From Scyliorhinus canicula (lineage: Eukaryota): a stretch of 64,000 nt of DNA. The notes beneath the pieces were generated by a model. It saw only the letters and a program-made list of their open reading frames with translations. It made no database searches and was not told the origin of the DNA. Below, piece after piece: positions 37,221 through 48,845 of this stretch. The DNA is taken from contig NC_052151.1 in the NCBI RefSeq assembly GCF_902713615.1, positions 201,589,703 to 201,653,702 on the forward strand. The letters are read 5' to 3'. Each line of letters begins with the position of its first letter. The stretch's first letter is position 1. A program made the position numbers and the translations under genes.

Positions 37221-37519
37221 TCCTTCAGCAAGCTAGGCCCGAAATCCCCTCGTTCTCTCTCTCCGCCTCTTTCTCTCTCTCTCTCTCTCTCTCTGCCTTT
37301 CCTTCCAGTTTGAAGGTGCTCCTTTGGCTGAGCTTTGCTCACGAATAACACCTCCATTTACGTAGCTCGGTGTCAATGTTCCCGAGGAGCAACTTAGTGT
37401 GTGTGACTTTGTCAAAGGCCCTTTGTAATGGCAGCTTCCCACATTGTGATTCGGATTAGGGGGTCAGGTTCATATCTCAGAGATTTGAATGAAGACGGCT
37501 GGGAGGAATCCGAGGAAAC

Positions 37520-38700
37520 TGGAACTCCTCACACCCCCACCCCACCCCCTCCAAAGCTGTGGGAGACCCCCCCCCCACCTCAGCCCACCCCCTCCAAAGC
37601 TGTGGGACCCCCCCCCCACCCCACCCCTCCAAAGCTGTGGGACCCCCCCCCCCACCCCACCCCCTCCAAAGCTGTGGGACCCCCCCCCCCACACCACCCC
37701 ATCCAAAGCTGTGGGACACCCCCCCACACCACCCCCTCCAAAGCTGTGGGACACCGCCCCACCTCAGCCCACCCCCTCCAAAGCTGTGGGATACTCCCCC
37801 ACCCCACCCCCCTCCAAAGCTGTGGGACACCGCCCCACCCTCCCCCACCCCACCCCCTCCAAAGCTGTGGGACCCGCCATGACCTCACTCCCTCCAAAGC
37901 TGCGGGATACTCCGCCACCCCACCCCCTCCAAAGCTGCGGGATACTCCCCCACCCCACCCCCCTCCAAAGCTGTGGGATACTCCCCCACCCCACCCCCCT
38001 CCAAAGCTGCGGGATACTCCCCCACCTCACCCCCTCCAAACCTGCGGGATACTCCCCCACCCCACCTCCCCTCGAAAGCTGTGGGATACTCCCCCACCCC
38101 ACCCCCTCCAAAGCTGTGGGACCCCCCCCACCTCAGCCCACCCCCTCCAAAGCTGTGGGACCCCCCCCCCCCACCCCACCCCCTCCAAAGCTGCGGGATA
38201 CTCCCCCACCCCACCCCCTCCAAAGCTGTGGGATACTCCCCCACCCCACCCCGGCCAAAGCTGCGGGACACCTCACCCCCCCCCCCCCCCACAATCACCC
38301 CCCCTCCAACGCTCTGTGACTACTTACCCCCCCCTTCCCCTTGCCAAAGCTATGGGACTCCTGACTCCCAAAACTGTTGGATACCTCACTCCCACCAAAC
38401 CTGTGGGTCTCCCTCCCCCCTTTCCGTAAAACTGTCCGTCTCCTCAACCCCCCAAACTGTTCGACACCTCACCCCCACCCCCCCAAAAACTGAGACACCT
38501 CACCCCCACCCCCCCAAAAACTGAGACACCTCACCCTCACCCCTCCCCAAAAACTGAGACACCCCACCCCCACCCCCCCCAAAACTGAGACACCTCACCC
38601 CCACCCTCCCCAAAAACTTTGCCACCTCACCCCCACCCCTCCCAAAAACTGTGAGACCCCCCCCCCCCCCACCCCCAACAAAGTGTAGGGCTACTCACCG
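37520..38700. repeat. C-rich variable minisatellite (ccccaccccctccaaagctgtggga..., then cacctcaccccaccccccaaaaactgaga)
   Basis: Visible tandem units of about 30-45 bp. Confidence 0.92.
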
Positions 38701-41690
38701 TGCATCCAAACTGTGGGATTCCTCACAGCCCCGTGCCCCGAAATTGTGGGACCCCTCGCCATGCCCCTAACCGTGGGACTCCCCACCCACCGTTGCCAAA
38801 ATGTGGGATTCCCTATGGGGCTTGAATAACCCCAGCAGGGGCTTGTGGTCGGTATATACCGTGGACGTTCGCCCAGAAACGTACTGGTAGAATTTCCTCA
38901 CACAACTGCCAAGCCTTCCTTGTTCCATCTGGGCGCAGTTCCGCTTGGCGTCTGCCAGATTGTGGGATGCAAAAGCGAGAGGTCGCTCCGAGCCATTGGG
39001 CATGCGGAGTGCCAGGAGAGCCCCAATGCCGTATGGTGAGGTGTCACATGTGAGGAGCAGGGTTTTGTCCAGTGTTAGGATATTGTCCGTCTGTCCTGCG
39101 TTCCCTTCTAATGCCCGTCCTGCTGCCTGTTCAGATCTACATTCTTCAGGGTTGGCTGCTGCAAAGTTATTGCAGCATTCGGGTTTTCTGTTTAAATTGT
39201 AGTTTTTTGACACTGGGACAAACCCCCTTTTAGAATAACAATCTTTATTGTCACAAGTAGGCTTATATTAACACTGTAATGAAGTTACTGTGAAAAGCCC
39301 CTAGTCGCCACATTCCGGCGTCTGTTCGGGTACACAGAGGGAGAATTCAGAATTTCCAAATTACCTATCAGCACGTCTTTCCGGACTTGTGGGAGGAAAC
39401 CGGAGCACCCGGAGGAAACCTACACAGACACAGGGAGAACGTGCAGACTCCGCACAGACAGTGATCCAATCAGGAATCGAACCCTGGCACTGTGAAGCAA
39501 CAATGCTAACCACTGTGCTATCATGCTGCCCATAGATGGGCTGGTCCGAAAACACCCCCTTTAGGTTCTGTGGCAGAATCCGTGATGTTGGTTGATGGAC
39601 TTGGCAAGCAGCCAATCGGTGTCGGTGGAGTTTTCAATGTCCTCCTATTGCGGCCTGTGGTTGGTGAAGCCAGTCAGGAACTTTCAGGAAAGAAGGCGGG
39701 TATTCTGGAGAGTGCCATCTTTCCTTCAGTTCTGTACAGCAGCGAGCGATGGAAGGACCCAGAAGTCTCCCTTTCTCTCTGCTGGATGATTTTAAGAAGC
39801 ATTTCAGCCAAATCATAGAAGAATTTCCTCTGTGTAAAGGAGCGTAGACACCAACAGACCTGAGAAAAGGATCTTCACTGTGAAAGGACAAATTTTCCCA
39901 AAGTTCATTGACCTTCCATACGACCATAAGAACCGTGTGTGTCAGGTCTGGGAAGAGCTGAATAATTGAATCTTAAGGCGGGAGCATTTATGAGAAAACC
40001 TCCAAAGTCTTGTCCAGGAATCAACCAGTAAAAACTACTAACTTCCAAGACCAGAGCTGTATTGTTCTCACAGGGAGGCAAAAGTGCCACCTGGTGGAAG
40101 AAAGGTAGAAGTGCATCAACCTGGAGCATCCTGTGTGCATCACCACCTGGTGGCCGGCGACGAGAACTACACTGACCAGGAATTCTTCGGTGATACACCA
40201 TCTGATGGTCGAAGGACAGAATTGTGCCGACCTGAACCTCTCGCGTAAATCTTTTTCCCAGAGACTGCAAACACAGAGTGAAAACTCATCTCAGCCCTAC
40301 CTCTTTAATCCCTGTGTTATTTTGTTTCTCATTGACCCTTACCTGGTGTCTGTCTTGTGCGTGTCTGGGCAGAAGGTGGGACGAGATTTGGGGATTAGGT
40401 CATCTGGTAGACGGTTATCCTGTTATTTCCTTATATGTTCATCTTTTCTCCTTTTTATTGATAAATAGTTTGTTAATGTTTTACTGATAAATCTGGTGTC
40501 TGTAACTCATTGGAGCAGTCAAGGTTAAAGATGTTTGGAAAATATTGGTTCATTCGGTTTTGTTGGGACTCGGGGGTCTGTGGGGCTGGAATTAACCGCG
40601 CACTCGTCTCGGGTGTGGTAACATAAATTGGGGGCTCGTCCAGGATTGGGAGTATTTGACGACGAATTTATAACGTAAATTATAACGAGACACCAGATTT
40701 GTAGTAATGTAACAGTACGGCTATGGAAGTTGCTAAGATATTTCTCCAGGTGGACGACATATCTCTGGTATTTGCAGAGGAGCTTCACAAAGACTCACTC
40801 ATCAAATTGGCAAGGGAATGGAAACTTGTTGTACCAGCTAGGACCAAGAAGGCAGAGGTAATTGACGCAATTGCTCAACATTTAAATTTGAATGGGATCC
40901 ACCCCAGGCAGGATCAACAGTTGGTAGAATTGGCTAAGATCCAGTTACAGATGAAACAGTTATAAATGCAGCAAACACAGAGAGAAATGGAAACGGAAAT
41001 GACGAGAGAGGAGAGAGAACAAAAGTGAAATTGAAATGGAGATAGAAATGAGGAAGTTAGAATTAGATAGAAACTTCCAGCTTGAGGTACTGGAAAGGGG
41101 TGGGAAGCCACCAGAACGTGAAGGGGAGCCTCGTCCCAGAACAGAACTAAGTGGTGATATGATTAACTTTATACAGGCTATCCCAAGATTTGAAGAGAAA
41201 AAAGTAGAAACATTCTTTCGTGCTTTTGAGGAAATAGCAACCTAAATGGAGTGGCCGAAGGAGAAGTGGGTATTACCCCTGTGGAGTAAGTTGACAGGGA
41301 GGGCACAGGAAGTTTATGCCGCTTGTCAGAGCAGGAGTCTAGGGATTATGACTAGGTGGAAAAGGCCATTCTAGATGCATATGAGTTGGTTCCTGAAGCA
41401 TAGCGACATAAATTCCCGAATCAGACTTAAGCAGAATTTGCGAGGGTTAAACAGGACAGTTTTAACAGATGGGTACGAGCATTGGGAGTTGCAACTATCT
41501 ATGAGACTCTGAGAGAGGTCATTCTCTTCGAGGAGTTTAAGAATTCCTTACCATCGATAATAAGAATCCATGTTGAAGACCAGAGGGTATTAACTTCTCG
41601 GAAAGCAGCAATTATTGCCGACGATTCCGAGCTAATCCATAAATTTAAACCTTTGTTCCATCACCCCCATGATTTTGAAAAGGATAGGAA

Positions 41691-41916
41691 GGCAGCACGG
41701 TGGCGCAGTGGTTAGCACTGCTGTCTCACGGCGCTGAGGTCCCAGGTTCGATCCCGGCTCTGGGTCACTGTCCGTGTGGAGTTTGAACATTCTCCCCGTG
41801 TCTGCGTGGGTTTCGCCCCCACAACCCAAAGATGTGCAGAGTAGGTGAATTGGCCATGCTAAATTGCCCCATAATTGGAAAAATGAATTGGGCACTCTAA
41901 ATTTACCAAAAAAAAA
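41691..41916 (+). mobile_element. Short V-SINE with 14-bp TSD in gag
   Basis: gaaaaggataggaa at 41677-41690 versus gaaaaggatagaaa at 41917-41930. Confidence 0.9.
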
Positions 41917-42534
41917 GAAAAGGATAGAAAGTGGGAGAGTGAAAAGGACGGCAGGTTGATAAGGTAAGGAATGGATAGCTGGGAACGTTCCGAGATCTCT
42001 TCCGCAGACCAGGAAGGAAGGTGCTGGGGGGAGTGAGACTTGAACGCCTAAATGTTACCATAAGATGGGACATGTTCGGTCAGCATGTTTGAAGTTGCAA
42101 GGAAGGCCCAAGAAAGTTGTGGGGCGTTGGAAGGAGGATTCTGAGAAGCGAGCGAAGGTGGAGACGGTAACATCAACTACACTTCGGAAGCCACAGGTGA
42201 ATACTGCTGTGGGAGCAGGTGTAGAGAATGTGGATGGAAGATATACTGGTTTTGTGTCAAAGGGGAAAGTCACCCCATTTTCCTCGACAGAGGTAGCCAA
42301 GCCCATAATGATATTGAGAGACACAGGGGCTACTCAAACCTTTGTGCTGGAGAAGGATTTGATCTTTCCTCCAGAGAGCTCAGTGAAAGCCGAGGTATTT
42401 GTGAATAGAATGGGTGGAAGCTGTATCCGAGTTCCATTTTATAAGATGCAATTGAAGTGTGATTTAGTGTCAGAACATAGAATATACAGTGCAGAAGGAG
42501 GCCATTCGGCCCATCGAGTCCATACGGACCCACT

Positions 42535-43115
42535 CAATCGCTCACTTCCACCCTACACTGGGGGTGTCAATTACAAGGGGTCACGATTTCAAGGTGAAAG
42601 GGGGAAAGTTTAAGGGAGATGTGCGGGGAAAGTTTTTTATGCAGAGGGTGGTGGGTGCCTGGAACGCTTTGCCAGCGGAGGTGGTACAGGCGGGCACGAT
42701 AGCATCATTTAAGATGCATCTAGACAGGTATATGTACGGGCGGGGAACAGAGGGAAGTAGATCCTTGGAAAATAAGCAACAGGTTTTGATAAAGGATCTG
42801 AATCGGCACAGGCTGGGAGGGCCGAAGGGCCTGTTCCTGTGCTGTAATTTTCTTTGTTCTTTGTTCTATTCCCGTAACCCAATAACCCCTCCTAACCTTT
42901 TTTCTTTTGGAAACTAAGGGCAATTTAGCATGGCCAATCCACCTAACTTGCACATCTTTGGACTGTGGGAGGAAACCGGAGCACCCGGAGGAAACCCACG
43001 CAGACACGGGGAGAACGTGCAGACTCCGCACAGACAGTGACCCAGCGGGGAATCGAACCTGGGACCCTGGCGCTGTGAAGCCACGGTGCTAACCACTTGC
43101 GCTACCGTGCTGCCC
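42535..43115. mobile_element. CR1 3' end (+, 42535-42862) abutting a V-SINE (-, 42870-43115)
   Basis: RGHDFKVKGGKFKGDVRGKFF...WNALP and a (ttctttg)n tail; SINE V-domain. Confidence 0.85.
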
Positions 43116-44475
43116 TGAAGGTCTGGTAGCTGTTGTAATGGTTAAGGAATTTTCAGGGGAAGGAATAGACTTAGCTCTGGGGAACGATTTAGCGGGAGTG
43201 AATGTTGTACCTTCACCCATGGTTACGGAGAGTCTGAAGGAATATTGCAGTTAGCCCCGCATGTAGAAGCTCGGAAAACTCATTGGGCCGTAGAAGGCTT
43301 GGAGAAAGAGATGTTGACGACTGTTGAGCATGTTTCAAGCGACCATGGTAGTGAACCCTCCGAGCATTTTCAGACCGACGGTGTCTGTATGGCTGAGGAG
43401 TTAGACATTGGCCTTGACTTTGGTTCTGATAAACAGTTGTTGCAAGAATGTTGGTCAGGAGGAGTCAGACAAAGGTTTTGACTTCGGCCTACGTCCTGGT
43501 TATGAATCGTTGTTGTGAGAGTGATAGCAGGGAGGAATAGTCAGACGACTTGATTTGATCTTGGGTCTGTGTAGGATGCCATGATAGACGGTTGTTCCTG
43601 AGTAGACTCGTCACCAGTTGAGAAAGTAACCTGGAGGAGGTAGGTGAAGTGGATTGCCAAAAGGTAGTTGGTTACCGCATCTTGAGATAAAGCCATTGCC
43701 ACTCCCTTTTGGTGAAAGAAGTTCACAGAGCAGATTGCCGAAGGAAAGTATACCTCACTGCACAGTGTCATTTAGTCAGGACGAGGACCGTAAGGACTGG
43801 GGAGTGATACCAAGCGAGCGGCTGGTCGACCAGCATCCTTTTGAAGGTTTACAGTCTCCTTCCAAGTCAGTAGAGGTTGATAGCCAGGAAGATGAGGTAG
43901 TTGGTCATGAATCCTTTTTGGGAGTTAAGGGAAAGCTTGTTGGCGACTCCTGCAGTGGTTCTGCTACCACGGAGGCCAGGAAACCCCAAGCTGGTTGTCG
44001 AGTCAGTGACGTCCCGTACTCTGATTCTGAAAGTGCGGACGCAGGCGGTGGTTACGAAAACTCCAATGCAGAGATAAAAGTTGCCACCCCGGGATTAGTG
44101 CCTGTTGGGTCAATTACCTTTGGCAGGTCCGACACCCCCTCCCCCCCCCCCCACCCCCCAACCTCCTGTTGCTGAAGGTAGCCCGGTAAAGGCCAAGAGA
44201 GAATGTAAGGCTGGTGGGGTTGAAAGGGTTATTGGTTACCAGTGAACCCACCACATCATTCTGTGTTGACAACCCTACTCGCAGTGTAGTTGTAGGAAAC
44301 CCTCAAAGTTTGTGCATTCATCAGACAGTCAGGAAGACTCGTTAGCGTTACCCGAGGGTCAGCAAGAGGCAGATCTAGAACAGGTGCCAAAGGAAGGTAG
44401 ATGAAGGTTTAGGGACGCACCAGGCGACACTCCATTAACCACCCCTGCTGTGGATTTCAAAACCTTTTGACCCAC

Positions 44476-44764
44476 TGATGGAACCATCAATTCACCAGAC
44501 ACGTGTTTCCGATATGAATCTAGGCTTTAATCAACTTACTTCAGAGCTAGCCTGTTACCCGTTGATGAACTCTCTGTGAACTGCAGGCTGACTCTGGACA
44601 AGGGTATTTATACAGCAGCACTAGGGGGAGGAGTCGTGGGCGGAGCCAAGGGTGGAGCCCTGTACAAGCTCCAGAGCATTCCCAGAGCTACTCCCCCTAG
44701 TGGTCGGGTAACGCTACTGCGCTTATAATATACAGTGTGAATTTACCATGTTATATTCACCACA
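44476..44764 (-). mobile_element. Solo LTR with 5-bp TSD CCCAC
   Basis: TG...CA termini; CCCAC at 44471-44475 and 44765-44769. Confidence 0.9.
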
Positions 44765-46304
44765 CCCACCCAATCCACCTCCGTCTCGACTCCAACTATA
44801 CTGATTGGCTCAGTTAGAAACTGAGGAGCGATGCATGATGGACAGGTTGCAGGAACACGGAACCCTGTTGTGGCCCACGGAATGCCGAGGAGAGTCTGGG
44901 AAGTGGACGGCCATGTTGGAGGATGAATTGGTGCTGGCTGGCCCGGGCGGCTCCCAGCTGTTGGCTACTTGCGTTGAGAGAGACATTTAAAAACCAGAAT
45001 GCAAGAGTTTTTGTCAGGGTCTTCATTGTAATAGTTTGCTGTAAAGACTGTGTACATATTTTCTCGAGGCAATACTGAGTGTAAGTTTTTTCCCCGTGTG
45101 TATTAAAAGGCATTAATGCCGAAGCCAGGCAGGGGGTTGTATTCGGGTAGTTTACACAGGTATGTGTGGGTGCTGTGTAACTTGCACACCTCATAATGAG
45201 ACACACCTCATAGACACACCTCTATGTCCTGACATGTAATTTCTTTAGTGGGGGGGGAAGGTATGTTAGAATATTATCTGTCTGTCCTGCGTTTCCTTCT
45301 AATGCCGGTCCTGCTGCCTGTTCTGATCTCCATTCTTCAGGGTTGACTGCTGCAAAGTTATTGCAGCCTTTGGGTTTTCTGTTTAAATTATAGTGTCTGG
45401 ATACTGGGACAAACCCCCCTTTTAGATGGTCTGGTCCAAAAACATCCCCTTTCGGTTCTGTGGTAGAATCTGTGATGTTGTTTGATGGACTTGGCAAGCA
45501 GCCAATCGGTATCGGTGGGGTTTTCAATGTCCTCCTATTGCGGCCTATGGTTGGTGAAGCCAGTCAGGAACTTTCAGGGAAGTAGGCGGGTCTTCTGGAG
45601 AGTGTTATCTTTCGTTCAGTTCTGTACAGCAGCGAGCGAAGGAAGGACCCAGAAGTCTCCCTTACTCTCTGCTGGACGATTTTAAGAAGCATTGTAGCCA
45701 AATCTGTGAAGTCTTTCCTGTGTTTAAAGGAGAGTAGACACCAACACACCTCAGAACGAGATCTTGAGTGTAAAGCTTCAAGTTTTCCCCAAGGTCAGTA
45801 ACCTTTGAACTGTGTGTGTCAGGGGCTGGGAAAAGCCGACGAATTGAAGCATTTGTGATAAAGCCGCCAGTCTTGTACAGGAATCAGGCAACTAAAAACT
45901 ACTAACATCCAGGACCAGAGCTGTATTGTCACAGGGAGGCGAAAACTCCATCTGGTGGTAGAAAGGCAGAAGGAAACCGACCTGAGCATCCTGTGTACAG
46001 CACCATCCGCTGGCCGGTGACGGGAACTGCATTGAACTGGAATTCTTAGGTGAAACACCATCTGGTGGTCGAAGGAGAGAATTGCGCCAACCTGAACTTC
46101 TCAAATGACCCTTTTTCCCAGAGACTGCGGCCACAGAATGAACACTCATCCCAAACCTACCGCTTTAATCCCTGATTTATTTTATTCCTTGCCGACCTTT
46201 ACCTGGTGCCTGTCTTGTGTGTGTCTGGGCAGAAAGTGGGACCGGATCTTGGGATTAGGTAGTCTGGGAGACGGTTAATTCCTTATATGTTCATCTTTTC
46301 ACAA

Positions 46305-46735
46305 AGAACAAAGAAAAGTACAGCACAGGAACAGGCCCTTCGGCCCTCCAAGCCTGTGCCAACAATGCTGCCCGTCTAAACTATAATCTTCTACACTTCC
46401 TGGGTCCGTATCCCTCTATTCCCATCCTATTCATGTATATGTCATGATGCCCCTTAAATGTCACTATCGTCCCTGCTTCCACCACCTCCTCCGGCAGCGA
46501 GTTCCAGGCACCCACTACCCTCTGTGTAAAAAACTTGCCTCGGACATCTCCTCTAAACTTTGCCCCTCGCACCTTAAACATATGCCCCTAGTAATTGACC
46601 CCTCTACCCTGGGGAAAAGCCTCTGGCGATCCACTCTGTCTATGCCCCCCATAATTTTGTAGCCCTCTATCAGGTCGCCCCTCAACCTCCGTCGTTCCAG
46701 TGAGAACAAACCGAGTTTACTCAACCGCTCCTTTT
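46305..46735 (-). mobile_element. CR1 3' fragment inserted in the 3' LTR
   Basis: LGLFSLERRRLRGDLIE...; absent from the 5' LTR. Confidence 0.88.
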
Positions 46736-48274
46736 TATTAATAACAAGTTTGTTAATGTTTTATGTATTAATCTGGTGTCTGTAACTCATTGGAGCAGGC
46801 AAGGGTTAAATTTCTTTGGAGAATACAAATTATTGGTCAATTTGCTTATGTTTGGAGTCTGGGGTCTGTGGGACTGGCATTGACTGCGCACTCGCCCAGG
46901 GGGTGGTAACTCCGGGTCGAAGTGGGTCAGTAATTCATTCGATGAGAGATGCTGCTTCACCTCTTGAAATGCCTGTTGGTGCGGGGCGGCCCCAGTCCCA
47001 CTTCTGTCCCTTCTTCAGTAGTTGGTTGTGCGGAATGAGCCATCCTGGGTGTGAACTTCCCATAGTAGTTCACCAGGCCTAGGAGGGAACCATTTGATCA
47101 TGAGGGATGGGGCCCTGGTGAATCGCCCGCACCGTTTCTTCCACTGGATGGAGGCTCCTGCTGTCCACTCGGCAGCCGAGATATGTTGACCTGCGGTGGG
47201 TGACCCCTGACTGAGAAAACCGGTCAAAGACCTCGGTTTGATTCTCCACGTGTTCCTGATACGAGGTCCCTGTGATGATAACATCGTCCAGTGAGACGGC
47301 CACCCTTGGCAGCTCTTTAAAGATATTCTCCATAACCCTCTGGAATATTGCACAATCTGAAGAGACTCCGAACGGCAACTGCGCTTACTCGTATAGTCCA
47401 GTTGGGTATTGATCATTACGTATTTCCGGGAACTTGGCATGAGCACCAGATACAAGTCAGCATGGCTCATGTCCAGCTTCGTGAAAGTTTTTCCTCCACT
47501 GAGCCAGGGGAGAGACCATCAGTCTGAGACACTGGGTATTGGTCAAAGCGGGATTCCCAGTTTACGGTCATTTCACAGAGCCACACCCACCCTTCTGGCT
47601 TCAACACGGGGACTACAGGTGTAGCCCAATCAGCATAGTGGATGGGGGGGGGGGGATAAGAGCCAGCTGCTCTACCTTGACGCAAAGTGTATACGGCACA
47701 GGGCGGGCACGGAAATATCAGGGGTGGGCATTCTCTTCCACATTTATCGTGGCCATTGATCCTTTAATGGTCCCATGGCCTTTGGCAAAAACCGATGGGG
47801 ACCTGGACAGCACTCCATCTTGTCCAATGGGGTACATCTGGCACATTCATTGCCAATCCAAACATTATTGTCGCAGCCAATCATACCCCAATAGGCTGGG
47901 CCCGATGCCACGGACGATCACGCGGATTGGTCTCCGTATTCCATGGGCACGTGTACGGTGCCCTCGATTTATAATAATCATCTTTTTATTGTCACAAATA
48001 GGCTTCCATTAACACTGCAACAAAGTTACTGTGAAAAGCCCCTAGTCGCCACATTCCGGCACCTGTTCGGGTACACAGAGGGAGAATTCAGAATTCTCAG
48101 CTGGTACGGGAATTGAACCCACGCTGCTGGCCTTGTTCAGCATGACAAGCCAGCTGTCTAGCCCACTGAGCTAATCCAGCCCCCGGTGTACGCGGCCAGT
48201 TGGGCGAAGCTCCAGCGGCTGAAGACCTGTCGGGATCGCTGAAAGTCTGCAAACACTGACGCCAGAAACTGCCA

Positions 48275-48845
48275 TAAGACCATAAGACATAGGAGTGGAA
48301 GTAAGGCCATTCGGCCCATCGAGTCCACTCCGCCATTCAATCATGGCTGATGGGCATTTCAACTCCACCTCCCAGCATTCTCCCCATAGCCCTTAATTCC
48401 TCGCGACATCAAGAATTTATCTATCTCTGCCTTGAAGCCATTTAGCGTCCCGGCCTCCACTGCACTCTGCGGCAATGAATTCCACAGGCCCACCACTCTC
48501 TGGCTGAAGAAATGTCTCCGCATTTCTGTTTTGAATTTACCCCCTCTAATTCTAAGGCTGTGCCCACGGGTCCTCGACTCCTCGCCTAACGGAAACAGTT
48601 TCTTTGCGTCCATCCTTTCTAAGCCATGTATTATCTTGTAAGTTTCTATTAGATCTCCCCTTAACCTTCTGAACTCCAATGAATACAATCCCAGGAACGC
48701 CAGCCGTTCCTCATATGCTAGACCCGCCATTCCAGGGATCATCCGTGTGAATCTCCGCTGGACACGCTCCAGTGCCAGTATGTCCTTCCTGAGATGTGGG
48801 GCCCAAAACTGGACACAGTACTCCAAATGGGGCCTAACCCGTGTC
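48275..48845 (-). mobile_element. CR1 3' fragment
   Basis: VRPHLEYCVQFWAPHLRKD through AGRWS with an intact frame, plus tail. Confidence 0.92.

Larger units (their letters stand above)
39073..46911 (+). mobile_element. Two-LTR Gypsy element carrying only gag-protease relics
   Basis: 5' LTR 39073-40623 (TGTTA...TAACA); tRNA-Pro PBS TGGGGGCTCGTCC 40629-40641; gag from about 40723 (IPRFEEKKVETFFRAFE); protease ILRDTGATQT near 42310; PPT near 45250; 3' LTR 45264-46911; TSD CCAG/CCGG. Confidence 0.9.

Noticed and set aside
37428-38524. Proline-rich ORFs resembling a CD2 cytoplasmic tail or extensin
   Set aside because: Translations of a C-rich minisatellite, on the strand opposite to the receptor genes.
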